From NCBI GenBank assembly GCA_002269645.1, contig NIVC01003971.1, positions 3,241-67,240 of the forward strand: a stretch of 64,000 nt of DNA. The letters are read 5' to 3'. The stretch is from Macrostomum lignano. Its lineage: Eukaryota. The notes below the pieces were generated by a model. That model was not told where the DNA came from. It made no database searches and saw only the letters and a list, made by a program, of their open reading frames with translations. Positions 36,558 through 62,569 of the stretch are shown here, in pieces; position 1 is the stretch's first letter, and the number at the start of each line of letters is the position of its first letter. The position numbers and the translations under genes are program-made.

Positions 36558-39500
36558 ATGTCGTCTGGCAAACCGCTTCAGCAACAACAGCTGCACGAGT
36601 TGGGCGCCTGTGGCGGCGGCTGCGGCTGCGAGCAGCCCAAGGATATCGATAATGTGGACCCTACCGAGATCTGCTTCACCTGCAAGTCTAGGCTGCCCAA
36701 TATTCAGGTGAGCAGCTGCTCTGTGATACTGTAAATCTGCGGTGCTTTAGTCCGACAATCCACGGTGCTTTAGTCCGACAATCCACGGAGCTTTAGTCCG
36801 ACAATCCACGGTGCTTTAGTCCGACAATCCACGGAGCTTTAGTCCGACAATCCACGGTGCTTTAGTCCGACAATCCACGGTGCTTTCGTCCGACAATCCA
36901 CGGTGCTTTAGTCCGACATCCTCCACGGAGCTTTAGTCCGACAATCCACGGTTCTTTAGTCCGACATCCTCCACGGTGCTTTAGTCCGACAATCCACGGT
37001 GCTTTAGTCCGACAATCCACGGTGCTTTAGTCCGACAATCCACGGTGCTTTAGTCCGACAATCCACGGTGCTTTAGTCCGACAATCCACGGTTCTTTAGT
37101 CCGACAATCCACGGTGCTAGTCCAACAAATGCTCTATATTTATTTCGATAATCCGCGTTCATTTAATCTGCACGACCCCTCACCCTTTCCTCTTCCCATC
37201 ACCCGCTAGGTCGACAGCTCGCTGTCGGAGCGTCTTCAGCGGCTGCGCCTGAACGGGCTGAGCAAGGCGGTGGCTGTGGACCTCCTCCGCTGCTCGCCGC
37301 CCCCCGGCAAGCGCCGCCGCTCCCGCTCGGGGCTGAACACGGCGCTGCTGCTGGCGGTGAAGGAGATTTACAGCCTGCAGGACTTCAGCAGCGTGCAGCT
37401 GCTGGCCAAGGGCTTCTTCTCCAACGTGTACCGAGTGACCCTGGAGCGCAGCGGCCGTCAGATGGCCCTGAAGATGAACGGGGAGACGAACCAGCGCTCT
37501 GCCTATCGCGAGCACGAGATCATGTCCAAGCTCAGTCACCCCAACGTGCTGCGCTACCACGCCGTCTGCATCCACGGCGGCCGGCTGCACTGCCTGTTCG
37601 ACTACATCGAGGGCGGCAGTCTGGAGCAGCTGCTGGCAGAGCCCGGCAGGCGGCTGAGCTGGAGGGTGCGGCTGGGACTGGCGCTGGATGTGGCCCGGGC
37701 CATGGCCTATGTGCACGGACAGGTGTGTTGGCAGATGGGTCTCATTGTCGATTGGAGTTCCAGATGGGTCTCATTGTTGATTGTTGGAGTGCCAGATGGG
37801 TCTCATTGTCGATTGGAGTTCCAGATGGGTCTCATTGTTGATTGTTGGAGTGCCAGATGGGTCTCATTGTTGATTGGAGTTCCAGATGGGTCTCATTGTC
37901 GATTGGAGTTCCAGATGGGTTTCATTGTTGATTGTTGGAGTGCCAGATGGGTCTCATTGTTGATTGTTGGAGTGCCAGATGGGTCTCATTGTTGATTGTT
38001 GGAGTGCCAGATGGGTCTCATTGTTGATTGGAGTTCCAGATGGGTCTCATTGTTGATTGGAGTTCCAGATGGGTCTCATTGTTGATTGTTGGAGTGCCAG
38101 ATGGGTCTCATTGTTGATTGTTGGAGTGCCAGATGGGTCTAATTGTTGATTCGAGTGACCAAATATGTCTCATTATCGAATATAATGACCATATCTGTTT
38201 CATTGGCAATTAGAGTGACCAGACGAGTGATTACACAGTATTGAGTGACCAGACGAGTGATTACACAGTATTGAGTGACCAGACGAGTGATTACACAGTA
38301 TTGAGTGACCAGACGAGTGATTACACAGTATTGAGTGACCAGACGAGTGATTACACAGTATTGAGTGACCAGACGAGTGATTACACAGTATTGAGTGACC
38401 AGACGAGTGATTACACAGTATTGAGTGACCAGACGAGTGATTACACAGTATTGAGTGACCAAACGAGTGATTACGCAGTATTGAGTGACCAGACGAGTGA
38501 TTACGCAGTATTGGGTGACCAGACGAGTGATTACGCAGTATTGAGTGACCAGACGAGTGATTACACAGTATTGAGTGACCAGACGAGTGATTACGCAGTA
38601 TTGAGTGACCAGACGAGTGATTACGCAGTATTGAGTGACCAGACGAGTGATTACACAGTATTGAGTGACCAGACGAGTGATTACACAGTATTGAGTGACC
38701 AGACGAGTGATTACACAGTATTGAGTGACCAGACGAGTGATTACACAGTATTGAGTGACCAGACGAGTGATTACACAGTATTGAGTGACCAGACGAGTGA
38801 TTACACAGTATTGAGTGACCAGACGAGTGATTACACAGTATTGAGTGACCAGACGAGTGATTACACAGTATTGAGTGACCAAACGAGTGATTACGCAGTA
38901 TTGAGTGACCAGACGAGTGATTACGCAGTATTGGGTGACCAGACGAGTGATTACGCAGTATTGAGTGACCAGACGAGTGATTACACAGTATTGAGTGACC
39001 AGACGAGTGATTACACAGTATTGAGTGACCAGACGAGTGATTACGCAGTATTGAGTGACCAGACGAGTGATTACACAGTATTGAGTGACCAGACGAGTGA
39101 TTACACAGTATTGAGTGACCAGACGAGTGATTACACAGTATTGAGTGACCAGACGAGTGATTACACAGTATTGAGTGACCAGACGAGTGATTACGCAGTA
39201 TTGAGTGACCAGACGAGTGATTACACAGTATTGAGTGACCAGACGAGTGATTACACAGTATTGAGTGACCAGACGAGTGATTACACAGTATTGAGTGACC
39301 AGACGAGTGATTACACAGTATTGAGTGACCAGATACGCCCCCCTCCTTCGCAGGGCTTTTTCCACCGCGACATCGCCTCGAAGAACATCCTGATCCGCAC
39401 TGACGCGGGCGGTGCCCGGCCCTACCAGGCGGTGGTGGCGGACTTCGGCCTGGCCATCAAGATGCCCCGCTACGCCACGCAGCGCCTGCTGGAGTGCGTC

Positions 39501-40244
39501 GGCAGCCCGTTCTGGATGGCGCCCGAGTGCATGCGCGGCTGCGGCTTCAGCACCAAGGCCGACGTGTTCAGCTACGGCATTGTGCTGTGCGAGCTGCTCA
39601 CCCGCCTGCCCGCCGACCCCGACTTCCTGCCGCGCCTGCCGGACTTCGGCATCGACGCCGCCGCGCTGGAGTCCTCGCTGGTGCCGCCCGACTGCCCGCG
39701 GCCGCTGCTGCAGCTGGCGCTGTCGGCCTGCAGCCAGGAGCCGGCGGTGCGGCCCAGCTTCGCCGACCTGGCCGGCGCCCTGATGCGCCTGCTCGACAAG
39801 CTGGAGGCCGGCGTCGCCGTAGAGACGGTTCGCGACGTCGCCTCCACGGCCGACGCCGACATCGAAGCGGACGAGCTGGTGGAGCAGCGACGGCTGGACG
39901 CGAGCTGGCAGGAGCGGCGGCACCAGCAGCGCTGCTGGAACCCCGGCATGAAGCACAACCCGTTCGTGACGGTGCGCTGGGAGCGGAACAAGTCCTGCCT
40001 GCAGGCCGGCCGCCACGGCCCCGCCCTGCTGCTGCCCACCGGCCCCGAGCTGCGCTCGCCCTCCGGCCTGAACCGGGCCTGGTCCTACCCGGACCTGTCT
40101 CAGGACCTCATCGAGTTCCTCGAGATCGCGCGCCGTTGCCGGCCCTGCGGCGAGGGCACCGGCGTCACCGACGACTCCGGGGTGTCCTGCGTGTCCTGCC
40201 TGTCCTCCTCCATAGACACCCTGGGGGACTGCAGCTTCGCCTGA
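36558..40244 (+). CDS. TESK: TESK/cdi-like dual-specificity kinase (LIMK/TESK family), ~517 aa
   Basis: Exons 36558-36707, 37210-37722 and 39354-40244, all phase 0. Motifs KGFFSNVYRV, MALK, HRDIASKNILIR, VVADFGLA, VGSPFWMAPE, KADVFSYGIVLCE and ADPDFLPR. No LIM/PDZ domains. Confidence 0.9.
36742..37122. repeat. 23-bp intronic minisatellite (GTGCTTTAGTCCGACAATCCACG)
   Basis: TESK intron 1. Confidence 0.95.
37728..38140. repeat. 29/32-bp intronic minisatellite (CAGATGGGTCTCATTGTTGATTGTTGGAGTGC)
   Basis: Starts ~6 nt after the donor of TESK intron 2. Confidence 0.94.
38213..39332. repeat. 30-bp intronic minisatellite (GAGTGACCAGACGAGTGATTACACAGTATT), ~37 near-perfect copies
   Basis: Ends ~20 nt before the acceptor at 39353. 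Confidence 0.98.
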
Positions 40245-40329
40245 GCCTCGGCCCCTCCTTTGCGTAGCGATCTCCATATTGGTTACTTCCTTTTAGAGTT
40301 AACTTTCTGAGATCAACTTCGGGTCACCT

Positions 40330-40552
40330 TCAGGCTAGCTGCCTTCAGATTGTACTGTTGGGAATCCTTCAGGCTGCCTTCAGATTGTACTGTTGGGAAT
40401 CCTTCAGGCTGCCTTCAGATTGCACTGTTGGGAATCCTTCAGGCTGCCTTTAGATTGTACTGTTGGGAATCCTTCAGGCTGCCTTCAGATTGTACTGTTG
40501 GGAATCCTTCAGGCTGCCTTCAGATTGTACTGTTGGGAATCCTTCAGGTTGT
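40330..40552. repeat. 35-bp minisatellite (CTTCAGGCTGCCTTCAGATTGTACTGTTGGGAATC)
   Basis: ~85 nt downstream of the TESK stop. Confidence 0.93.
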
Positions 40553-41225
40553 CTTCAGCTCGTTTCTTAGCAGCCTTAGCATTTCCGGTAGGTTCTGTAT
40601 GAAAGCACCCTGGAGGTGACTTGAAGCTCAGCAAATGTCTTTTATCAGTCAGCCCATTAATGCGCACAGTTCATTTAAGCGTTTTTAAGATGTGCAAGAT
40701 TTTTCTCGTCATATGCGTAATGCACTACTGACCCGAGGCAGTAGTATTTTTAGAAATATTAGCTATTTGCGTGTACAGCACTGATCTCTGCCTAGTCCGC
40801 ACCGCCCTCATGCTCTACTCATCATAGCCAATGGCTACAGTACATTAAGCAGGCGCACATCGCATGCAACAAACTGATTCCCCTCTTATCTGTCTTCCCC
40901 GCGCACCTGTGCTTACCTGTGCGGTTCACCCTAGCAACCAGTGTGCTGCACTGCTCAGCAATCCCTTCGGGAAATCCATCTTTTTGGCCGCTTCCCCGAC
41001 CTGCTCGATTTTCATATTCGACCTTTTCGCACTTTCCACTGTGAAATTCTCTGGCCAACCCACGCGTGACAGATCTGTCCGTTCTATCTGAAAATTATTT
41101 AACATGCAGTATTTTATAACTACATGTGCATGTGCAGATAACTGTTGGTAAATATAAACTTTTTGCGGCGTCAGCTCTGCCTGACTTTTGCTTTTTATTC
41201 ACCTATTGGTGTTAGTGGGACTGCT

Positions 41226-41700
41226 CCCAATGTACATGCCCTGACCCCCAGCCACTCCCAATGTGCATCCCCTGACCCCCAGCCACTCCCAATGTGCATC
41301 CCCTGACCCCCAGCCACTCCCAATGTGCATCCCTAACCCCCAGCCACTCCCAATGTGCATCCCCTAACCCCCAGCCACTTCCAATGTGCATCCCCTGACC
41401 CCCAGCCACTCCCAATGTGCATCCCCTGACCCCCAGCCACTCCCAATGTGCATCCCCTGACCCCCAGCCACTCCCAATGTGCATCCCCTGACCCCCAGCC
41501 ACTTCCAATGTGCATCCCCTGACCCCCAGCCACTCCCAATGTACATCCCCTGACCCCCAGCCACTCCCAATGTACATCCCCTGACCCCCAGCCAGTCCCA
41601 ATGTGCATCCCCTGACCCCCAGCCAGTCCCAATGTGCATCCCCTGACCCCCAGCCAGTCCCAATGTGCATCCCCTGACCCCCAGCCAGTCCCAATGTACA
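41226..41700. repeat. 31-bp C-rich minisatellite (CCAATGTGCATCCCCTGACCCCCAGCCACTC)
   Basis: Direct reading. Confidence 0.95.
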
Positions 41701-42424
41701 TCTGCTATTAAAAGGCCTGCACAGATGCCACAATCCCAGTCGCAAGCTCAGCCTGAGGCGCACCGCCTGCACCTACTGCCCTCGATGATTTGCAATGAGC
41801 TGCACTCTTTTACTCTTGCGGTCACTCATTTTTACTTTGTAATTTCGGTCACAATCTCCTTAAATTGCTGTTTTTGGTCGCTGCATTGTGGCTTTGGGAG
41901 CAGAGGAGCAGCTAAGCGAGTAATGCGGTATCCCGGGTCTCCACAGGCGATTCACCTGCTCACGGAGCTGCTTCAGTCTTGATTGGAGCAGAGATTTCAC
42001 TGGCTGATACAGATATTTGCACTGCCGTTTTTACCTCTTCCCAGCTCATCTTTTGTTTAGCTTTTTTATACTGATAATTATTTTGCACATTTTGTTCGGG
42101 GCATCGGATGCCCCAGCCTGTGTTTTTAGCAGGTATCTTATAGCTATAAGCCTCATTATTTATGCAGTTTTCTGTTTACCCAATAAATTTACAAGCTCTG
42201 CGTTCAAGTTTTTTAATTGGCTCAGCTTAGCCTTTTTCTCAACATTTATCAGCAGTTGCCACGCAGCCTCGCTTTTGTTCATTGAGCCGCCAACCATCTA
42301 CCTGCAAGTATTTTAACAGCGCACAGCGCTGGGCAATGTCTGTTTGTCTAAATAGTCTGGTTGCCGAAACTGAACGCTCCAGCGCTATTACCGAAAATAT
42401 CACGGAACTGGGGAAGACCTGTGG

Positions 42425-43752
42425 CTGACTGAATGAGCTGACTCACTGACTGAATGAGCTGACTCACTGACTGACTGAGCTGACTCACTGACTGACTGAG
42501 CTGACTCACTGACTGAATGAGCTGACTCACTGACTGAATGAGCTGACTCACTGACTGACTGAGCTGACTCACTGACTGACTGAGCTGACTCACTGACTGA
42601 ATGAGCTGACTCACTGACTGACTGACTGAGCTGACTGAGCTGACTCACTGACTGAATGAGCTGACTCACTGACTGACTGACTGAGCTGACTCACTGACTG
42701 ACTGACTGAGCTGACTGAGCTGACTCACTGACTGACTGAGCTGACTGAGCTGACTCACTGACTGACTGAGCTGACTCACTGACTGAGCTGACTCACTGAC
42801 TGACTGAGCTGACTGAGCTGACTCACTGACTGACTGAGCTGACTCACTGACTCACTGACTGAGCTGACTCACTGACTGACTGAGCTGACTGAGCTGACTC
42901 ACTGACTGACTGAGCTGACTCACTGACTCACTGACTGAGCTGACTGAGCTGACTCACTGACTGAATGAGCTGACTCAATGACTGAATGAGCTGACTCACT
43001 GACTGAATGAGCTGACTCACTGACTAAATGAGCTGACTCACTGACTGACTGAGCTGACTCACTGACTGAATGAGCTGACTCACTGACTGAATGAGCTGAC
43101 TCACTGACTGACTGACTGAGCTGACTGAGCTGACTCACTGACTGAATGAGCTGACTCACTGACTGAATGAGCTGACTCACTGACTGAATGAGCTGGCTGA
43201 ATGAGCTGACTCACTGAGCTGAATGAGCTGACTGAATGAGCTGACTGACTGAGCTGACTGAATGAGCTGACTCACTGACTGAATGAGCTGACTGAATGAG
43301 CTGACTCACTGACTGAATGAGCTGACTCACTGACTGAATGAGCTGACTGAATGAGCTGACTGACTGAGCTGACTGAATGAGCTGACTCACTGAGCTGAAT
43401 GAGCTGACTGACTGAGCTGACTGAATGAGCTGACTGACTGAGCTGACTGAATGAGCTGACTGACTGAGCTGACTGAATGAGCTGACTCACTGAGCTGAAT
43501 GAGCTGACTGACTGAGCTGACTGAATGAGCTGACTCACTGAGCTGAATGAGCAGACTGAATGAGCTGACTCACTGAGCTGAATGAGCTGACTCACTGACT
43601 GAATGAGCTGACTGAATGAGCTGACTCACTGACTGAATGAGCTGACTGACTGAGCTGACTGAATGAGCTGACTTACTGAGCTGAATGAGCTGACTGACTG
43701 AGCTGACTGAATGAGCTGACTCACTGAGCTGAATGAGCTGACTGACTGAGCT
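42425..43752. repeat. Compound ACTG/GAGCTGACTCACTGACTGAAT satellite, ~1.3 kb
   Basis: Direct reading. Confidence 0.95.
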
Positions 43753-43924
43753 AAAGCTTTACTTGTGCGCATATGCAACCGGGCGGGGTTGGGGTGCATA
43801 AAACAAAACGCACATTACTGAGACAGAGGGTAGTCGTCGGATTTGGCCTGTTAAATGCCTCATAAACTGCTCCAAGCGTTGTCAAATAACCAGGCTCTGA
43901 AAGCTGGGTAGGCTTTGTGTGCAT

Positions 43925-44712
43925 CACTACTGACAGTAGCCAATTAGTCACTCAGCTTTGTCATCATACTGACAGTAGCTTATTAGTCACTCAGCTTTGT
44001 CATCATACTGACAGTAGCTAATTAGTCACTCAGCTTTGTCATCATACTGACAGTAGCCAATTAGTCACTCAGCTTTGTCATCATACTGACAGTAGCCTAT
44101 TAGTCACTCAGCTTTGTCATCATACTGACAGTAGCCAATTAGTCACTCAGCTTTGTCATCATACTGACAGTAGCCTATTAGTCACTCAGCTTTGTCATCA
44201 TACTGACAGTAGCCTATTAGTCACTCAGCTTTGTCATCATACTGACAGTAGCCTATTAGTCACTCAGCTTTGTCATCATACTGACAGTAGCCAATTAGTC
44301 ACTCAGCTTTGTCATCATACTGACAGTAGCCAATTAGTCACTCAGCTTTGTCATCATACTGACAGTAGCCTATTAGTCACTCAGCTTTGTCATCATACTG
44401 ACAGTAGCCTATTAGTCACTCAGCTTTGTCATCATACTGACAGTAGCCTATTAGTCACTCAGCTTTGTCATCATACTGACAGTAGCCAATTAGTCACTCA
44501 GCTTTGTCATCATACTGACAGTAGCCAATTAGTCACTCAGCTTTGTCATCATACTGACAGTAGCCTATTAGTCACTCAGCTTTGTCATCATACTGACAGT
44601 AGCCAATTAGTCACTCAGCTTTGTCATCATACTGACAGTAGCCTATTAGTCACTCAGCTTTGTCATCATACTGACAGTAGCCTATTAGTCACTCAGCTTT
44701 GTCACTCAAAAA
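43925..44712. repeat. 39-bp minisatellite (TTAGTCACTCAGCTTTGTCATCATACTGACAGTAGCCAA), ~20 copies
   Basis: Direct reading. Confidence 0.96.
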
Positions 44713-44810
44713 AGTCACTCAAATCTCGATTTCTCTGGAGCACAGAATCAATAAATTGTGCGCTCCTTCTCATAAAACAGCAGCCCTAGGCAGAAGGTTG
44801 GCCTTCAAGT

Positions 44811-45000
44811 GGCCAAAGGTAGCCCAGTGGTGGTCTGGCGCGGTGCTCTGGTGTGCCAGCGGCCCAGGCTCGATTCCAAGTGCAGTCACATTAATTTGGG
44901 GCTGAATTGGAATCTCGGCTTGGCTCTGCTCTTGCAATTAACGGCCTTGAGGGGCAACCCCCAAGGCGCAGTGAAGTGTACATGCCTAACGATAAATAAA
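44811..45000 (+). mobile_element. Probable tRNA-derived SINE
   Basis: Pol III A box TAGCCCAGTGG (44820-44830) and B-box-like GGCTCGATTCC (44867-44877) at tRNA spacing. Anticodon-arm-like CTGG-TGTG-CCAG. 3' hairpin at 44945-44966. Ends in GATAAATAAA. No convincing TSD. Confidence 0.5.
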
Positions 45001-45432
45001 GTTGGGACTGCCGTAACTCTTGTGTGAGTGTGTTCATGGATGACTGCGTACGTATCCGCGCGCTTGTGTGCCTGCTCGGGGAGTCGGCGGAATGGGCAGC
45101 AATGCCTCTCGCCGGTTGTGTGACACAAACGACAAAGCACAGCCGCAGCAAGCAAGTGGCTTCATGTGGCCCGTGCCCGATGAGTGCTGCAATGATTTGT
45201 GATTGATGATTTCAAGAAAATAAAGTCGGAATTAAATTAATCAACACTGCGCATCCTGATTAGCCGGACTTTGATGGCAAGAATGAAAATATTAAAAAAA
45301 TTGTCTATGGCCCAAAGCGGCTCCACTGCTGCAGGACGCGGCCGCGAGATTGGGGAATTGGCCTCGCATTTCAGTTCCGAGCACTCAGCCAGACTTCAGT
45401 GCAGGTCTCAGTGGCGGCCTCAACTCGCAGAC

Positions 45433-54391
<8,959 letters not shown>

Positions 54392-54785
54392 TTTTCATTT
54401 TTTTGCCTGCGAGGAGTTCTGGCGGGGAGCAGTTGGCAGTCAGGTGCCGCAGGACTAATTAAGAGAGCTTAATTTGATGAGGCATTTGGCCTTCTCGCAG
54501 ACTCAGTTTTTTCCGTACCGCAGCTCAGCTCATTTCTATTACGATTAAACCGGCCTCTCCAAATTGCTCAGTTTTTTATATCGGCAGTTTCTACCGCCGA
54601 GACGGCAGCAGACATTTTTTAAGACAGCGGAACTCGCGCCTGAGCTGAGCCGGTTTTAATTGCTTTGAGAACTCTCTTGAGAACTGCGGAGGGGGCTGAC
54701 CTGCCGCTGGCTTGAGCTTTTCAGAATCATCCACGATGCTTTCGCTTGGCTTTCAGTGCAGCAGCTGTGAGTGCCCGTATGCCCA

Positions 54786-55652
54786 TCAGTCAGTCAGTCA
54801 GTCAATCAGTCAGTCAATCAGTCAATCAGTCAGTCAATCAGTCAATCAATTAGTCAATCAATCAATCAATCAATCAGTCAATCAGTCAATCAATCAGTCA
54901 GTCAATCAGTCAGTCAATCAGTCAATCAATCAGTCAATCAATCAATCAGTCAATCAATCAATCAATCAGTAAATCGATCAATCAATCAGTCAATCAGTCA
55001 ATCAATCAATCAATCAATCAGTCAGTCAATCAGTCAATCAATCAGTCAATCAATCAATCAGTCAATCAATCAATCAATCAATCAGTAAATCGATCAATCA
55101 ATCAGTCAATCAGTCAATCAATCAATCAATCAATCAGTCAGTCAATCAGTCAATCAATCAGTCAATCAATCAATCAGTCAATCAATCAATCAATCAATCA
55201 GTAAATCGATCAATCAATCAGTCAATCAGTCAATCAATCAATCAATCAATCAGTCAGTCAATCAAGCAATCAATCAATCAGTCAATCAATAAATCAGTCA
55301 GAAAATCATTAAATCAATCAATCAATCAGTCAATCAATCAGTCAATCAACCAATCAATCAGTCAGCCAATCAATCAACCAATCAATCAGTCAATCAATCA
55401 ATCAATCAGTCAATCAGTCAATCAATCAATCAATCAGTCAATCAATAAATCAGTCAGCAAATCATTAAATCAATCAATCAATCAATCAGTCAATCAATCA
55501 GCCAATCATTAAATCAATCAATCAATCAATCAGTCAATCAAGCAATCAATCAATCAATCAGTCAATCAATAAATCAGTCAGCAAATCATTAAATCAATCA
55601 ATCAATCAGTCAGTCAATCAATCATTAAATCAATCAGCCAATGGATCAATCA
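54786..55652. repeat. (TCAA/TCAG)n microsatellite
   Basis: Direct reading. Confidence 0.97.
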
Positions 55653-56109
55653 GCTTCAAAAATTGGTTTACCGTAGATTGCATAGGACAACTAGCGAAAG
55701 GATCCAACCCAGGACCTTTAGTTAGACTTTTAGTTAGAAAATAGTTAGACTTTTATTTGAAAATTTTGACGAAAGCAGGAAAAACTACTAGTAGTAAGCA
55801 TGAACGCATTGCGGCTGACCAGTGAGTGACGCCTTCGGAACTGCCGCATGTATACATGTACAAAGAAAAAATTATAGGAAAAAAGTTCATTGCAAGTACA
55901 CTCTTCACAGTCAATTGCAGACGGAATGTTGAATTGCGGTCAGTTACAGAATCTGATAAATAACTGTGTACGAGTTTAGTAAAACAAAGATATAAATAGT
56001 AGAAAAAATAGCAATGTCTGACTTTTGAGTTTCAGACTAGCGCTGCTGCAAATTGTGACTCCGATAACGGAGGGCGCGCTGCACTACTGATGCCATAGAG
56101 AGAAGTCCA

Positions 56110-56345
56110 AAGTACATCCAAAGTACACTAAGACTTTGATCCAAAGTACACTAAGGCTTTGATTCAAAGTACACTAAGGACTTTGATCCAAAGTACACTA
56201 AGGCTTTGGTCCAAAGTGCACTAAGGACTTGATCCAAAGTGCACTAAAGACTTTGATCCAGAGTACACTAAGGACTTTGATCAAAAGTGCACTAAGGACT
56301 TTGATCTAGAGTACACTAAGGACCTTGATGCAAAGTACACAAAGA
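56110..56345. repeat. ~24-bp minisatellite (GATCCAAAGTACACTAAGGACTTT)
   Basis: Imperfect copies downstream of PTPDC1. Confidence 0.88.
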
Positions 56346-56580
56346 AACTTTATCTCTTATAGTACTAAAATCAAAGTTCTTAGAGCTCTCGGATGAAATT
56401 TCCTTAATTACTGTAAGAACTTTGATCACAAAGGACACTAGTCTCAAACAATATAGGGATAAGGGTCCCAGGAGCTGGGATATAAAAACAACTAAGTGTG
56501 TCCACATTCTCCTCAAGTTCAAAAATGATTGCAGAGACTGCACAGCTCCGGGCGCCACCTGCAGCACTCAGGGCTGCCGC

Positions 56581-60653
<4,073 letters not shown>

Positions 60654-62569
60654 CCTGCTGGGCCTGGAATGCAGGTCAGCTGAGACTGTGCCTCATGAAT
60701 TACACCTTGATGTTTTCTATGGGTTCAAAGCAAGTGTAATAATTATTTCAAGAAAAGGTTACTAAAAAGAAGTTTTAAGATTAATCTCAAATTAATAGTA
60801 GTACTCTAGAGTTTATCAATAAATTAAGTGTCAAATCACTCATTGAGTTTTTAAAGCAATAAAATAATTTAAATTGCAAGTTTAATTCCTTTGATTAGAT
60901 ATTATAATAACAATACCACAATATCATAGTTTTGCTAAATCAGAAAAATGGAATTTTTCATGTTAGTTTCCATTTTACTTAAATATATAGCTTGTCTTTT
61001 AATTTAAAAAACTTCATTTATATTTACTTTGCTATGAGTGCATATTAAATGTATGATAATATAAAAAATAGGAAAGTTTTATAAAGATAAATGACTATCA
61101 AATATATTATACTGTATGATATTCTTTTTAAAATTTACTTTGAAAAAAAGAGTTATATATTCTGATTTTTCAGATTTACATAAAAGTTTTAGAGGTTCAA
61201 AAATATTTACTTGTCAAGACTTTTGAGCAAGTTGGCTTGCAGATTTTTTAGATTTATGAAAAAGTCTGCTTCTTATTTTGGCAGAGGAGAAATTATAAAA
61301 ATATTTGATAACCAAACATAGTGAAATAAATTACACCGGAAAACTGATTGATTCACTGCAAGATGTCAGTTTGCTTTACTAATTGAATTTTTTACAAGTT
61401 AAAGCAATATATAATAGATTAGGCATCGCTAAAATAAGTATTTAGTCCTTTGGCCACGTGAGTAGTTAAGTTTCTCTGAATGCTAGAAATAATCGTACCT
61501 ACAAATTCCTACAAAAAGACAGAATAATGTACCTTTTAAAAATATTGACAATGCCAACCATTGGTACGTTAGTAAGTAAAACAAATGACTTTAAATTTAC
61601 TAAGATATTTTTATCTTTTACTTAAAATGTTTAGTTTTTAACTTATTGCAGTTTAATAACTTACAAAAATAGTATTTATATTTGACTAAACCTCATACTG
61701 ATCAATTATCACGCCATTGCTATGTGCATGTATCTTAAGTTTATCGGAGGCGCCAGATATCGGGACGTGGGATGGGACACATATTCCATATCAGCTTTTG
61801 GTGTAGTAAGCAGTCCCCATGTATTCTTGGGTTGGCTTCTTATTATTTCCAACTGTAAATTCAAGAACTACTCAAGTAGAAGCCAAGGATATGCAGGGAA
61901 CTACGATTCTAGGAAATTTTAAGAGGATGTTTTACCGAAAAAATACATTAAGGAGAACGGAGATTTTCATTTTTCAGCACTGAATTTGCAATTGCTTTTG
62001 ATAGCAGGCAGAATGGCAGATCCTATGTTCATCTTTCAAGGCACAAAAAAAATACACCTGCATGATGTGTACAGAGAAGTCCAGCTATGTCGCAGAATAA
62101 AAATCAAATTATTTTTTATTTGCTTAAAGCACTCCCGTTAATAAAACAATATGTGCTGCTTTGCCTTTAATATTTTAACAGTGTACTGGCCCACGACTGT
62201 ACATCTAGTTTTTTTAAGTGGCTGCACGCATACTACAGTTGCACGTTTAGCAATGCAAACTGCGAAACTTTACGCCTTCTCGGCCGCCAGAAAAAGCAAA
62301 TAAAATGTGAATAAATAAATAAATGAATATATATATACTTCCATGAAGCCCTCTAACTAACTAGATTTTTAAATGTGAAAGGTAAAGCCGATGCAGGCAT
62401 GCCATAAGATAGCTCATAGTACATTAAAGGACATAAAAATCAAAGCAATGTGATTGATGCCTTCATTTTTATGTGAAAACATAATTTCTAACTAATTTCT
62501 ATTTCCACACTAATTTCTAATAAATTCCGAGCACGTTGATTGATTTGCAGATTCAGCTCGAATCGTCAG

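Noticed and set aside
38139-40277. 667-aa SDQTSDYTVL-repeat kinase and its 712-aa antisense ORF
   Set aside because: The repeat is intronic. The kinase exon begins at the acceptor ending 39353 and joins exon 2 in phase. Retention of the intron hits a stop at 37995.
61700-62100. Coding-like fragments in the AT-rich gap between PTPDC1 and the stonin-like gene
   Set aside because: Short frames with stops on both strands and no recognisable family.
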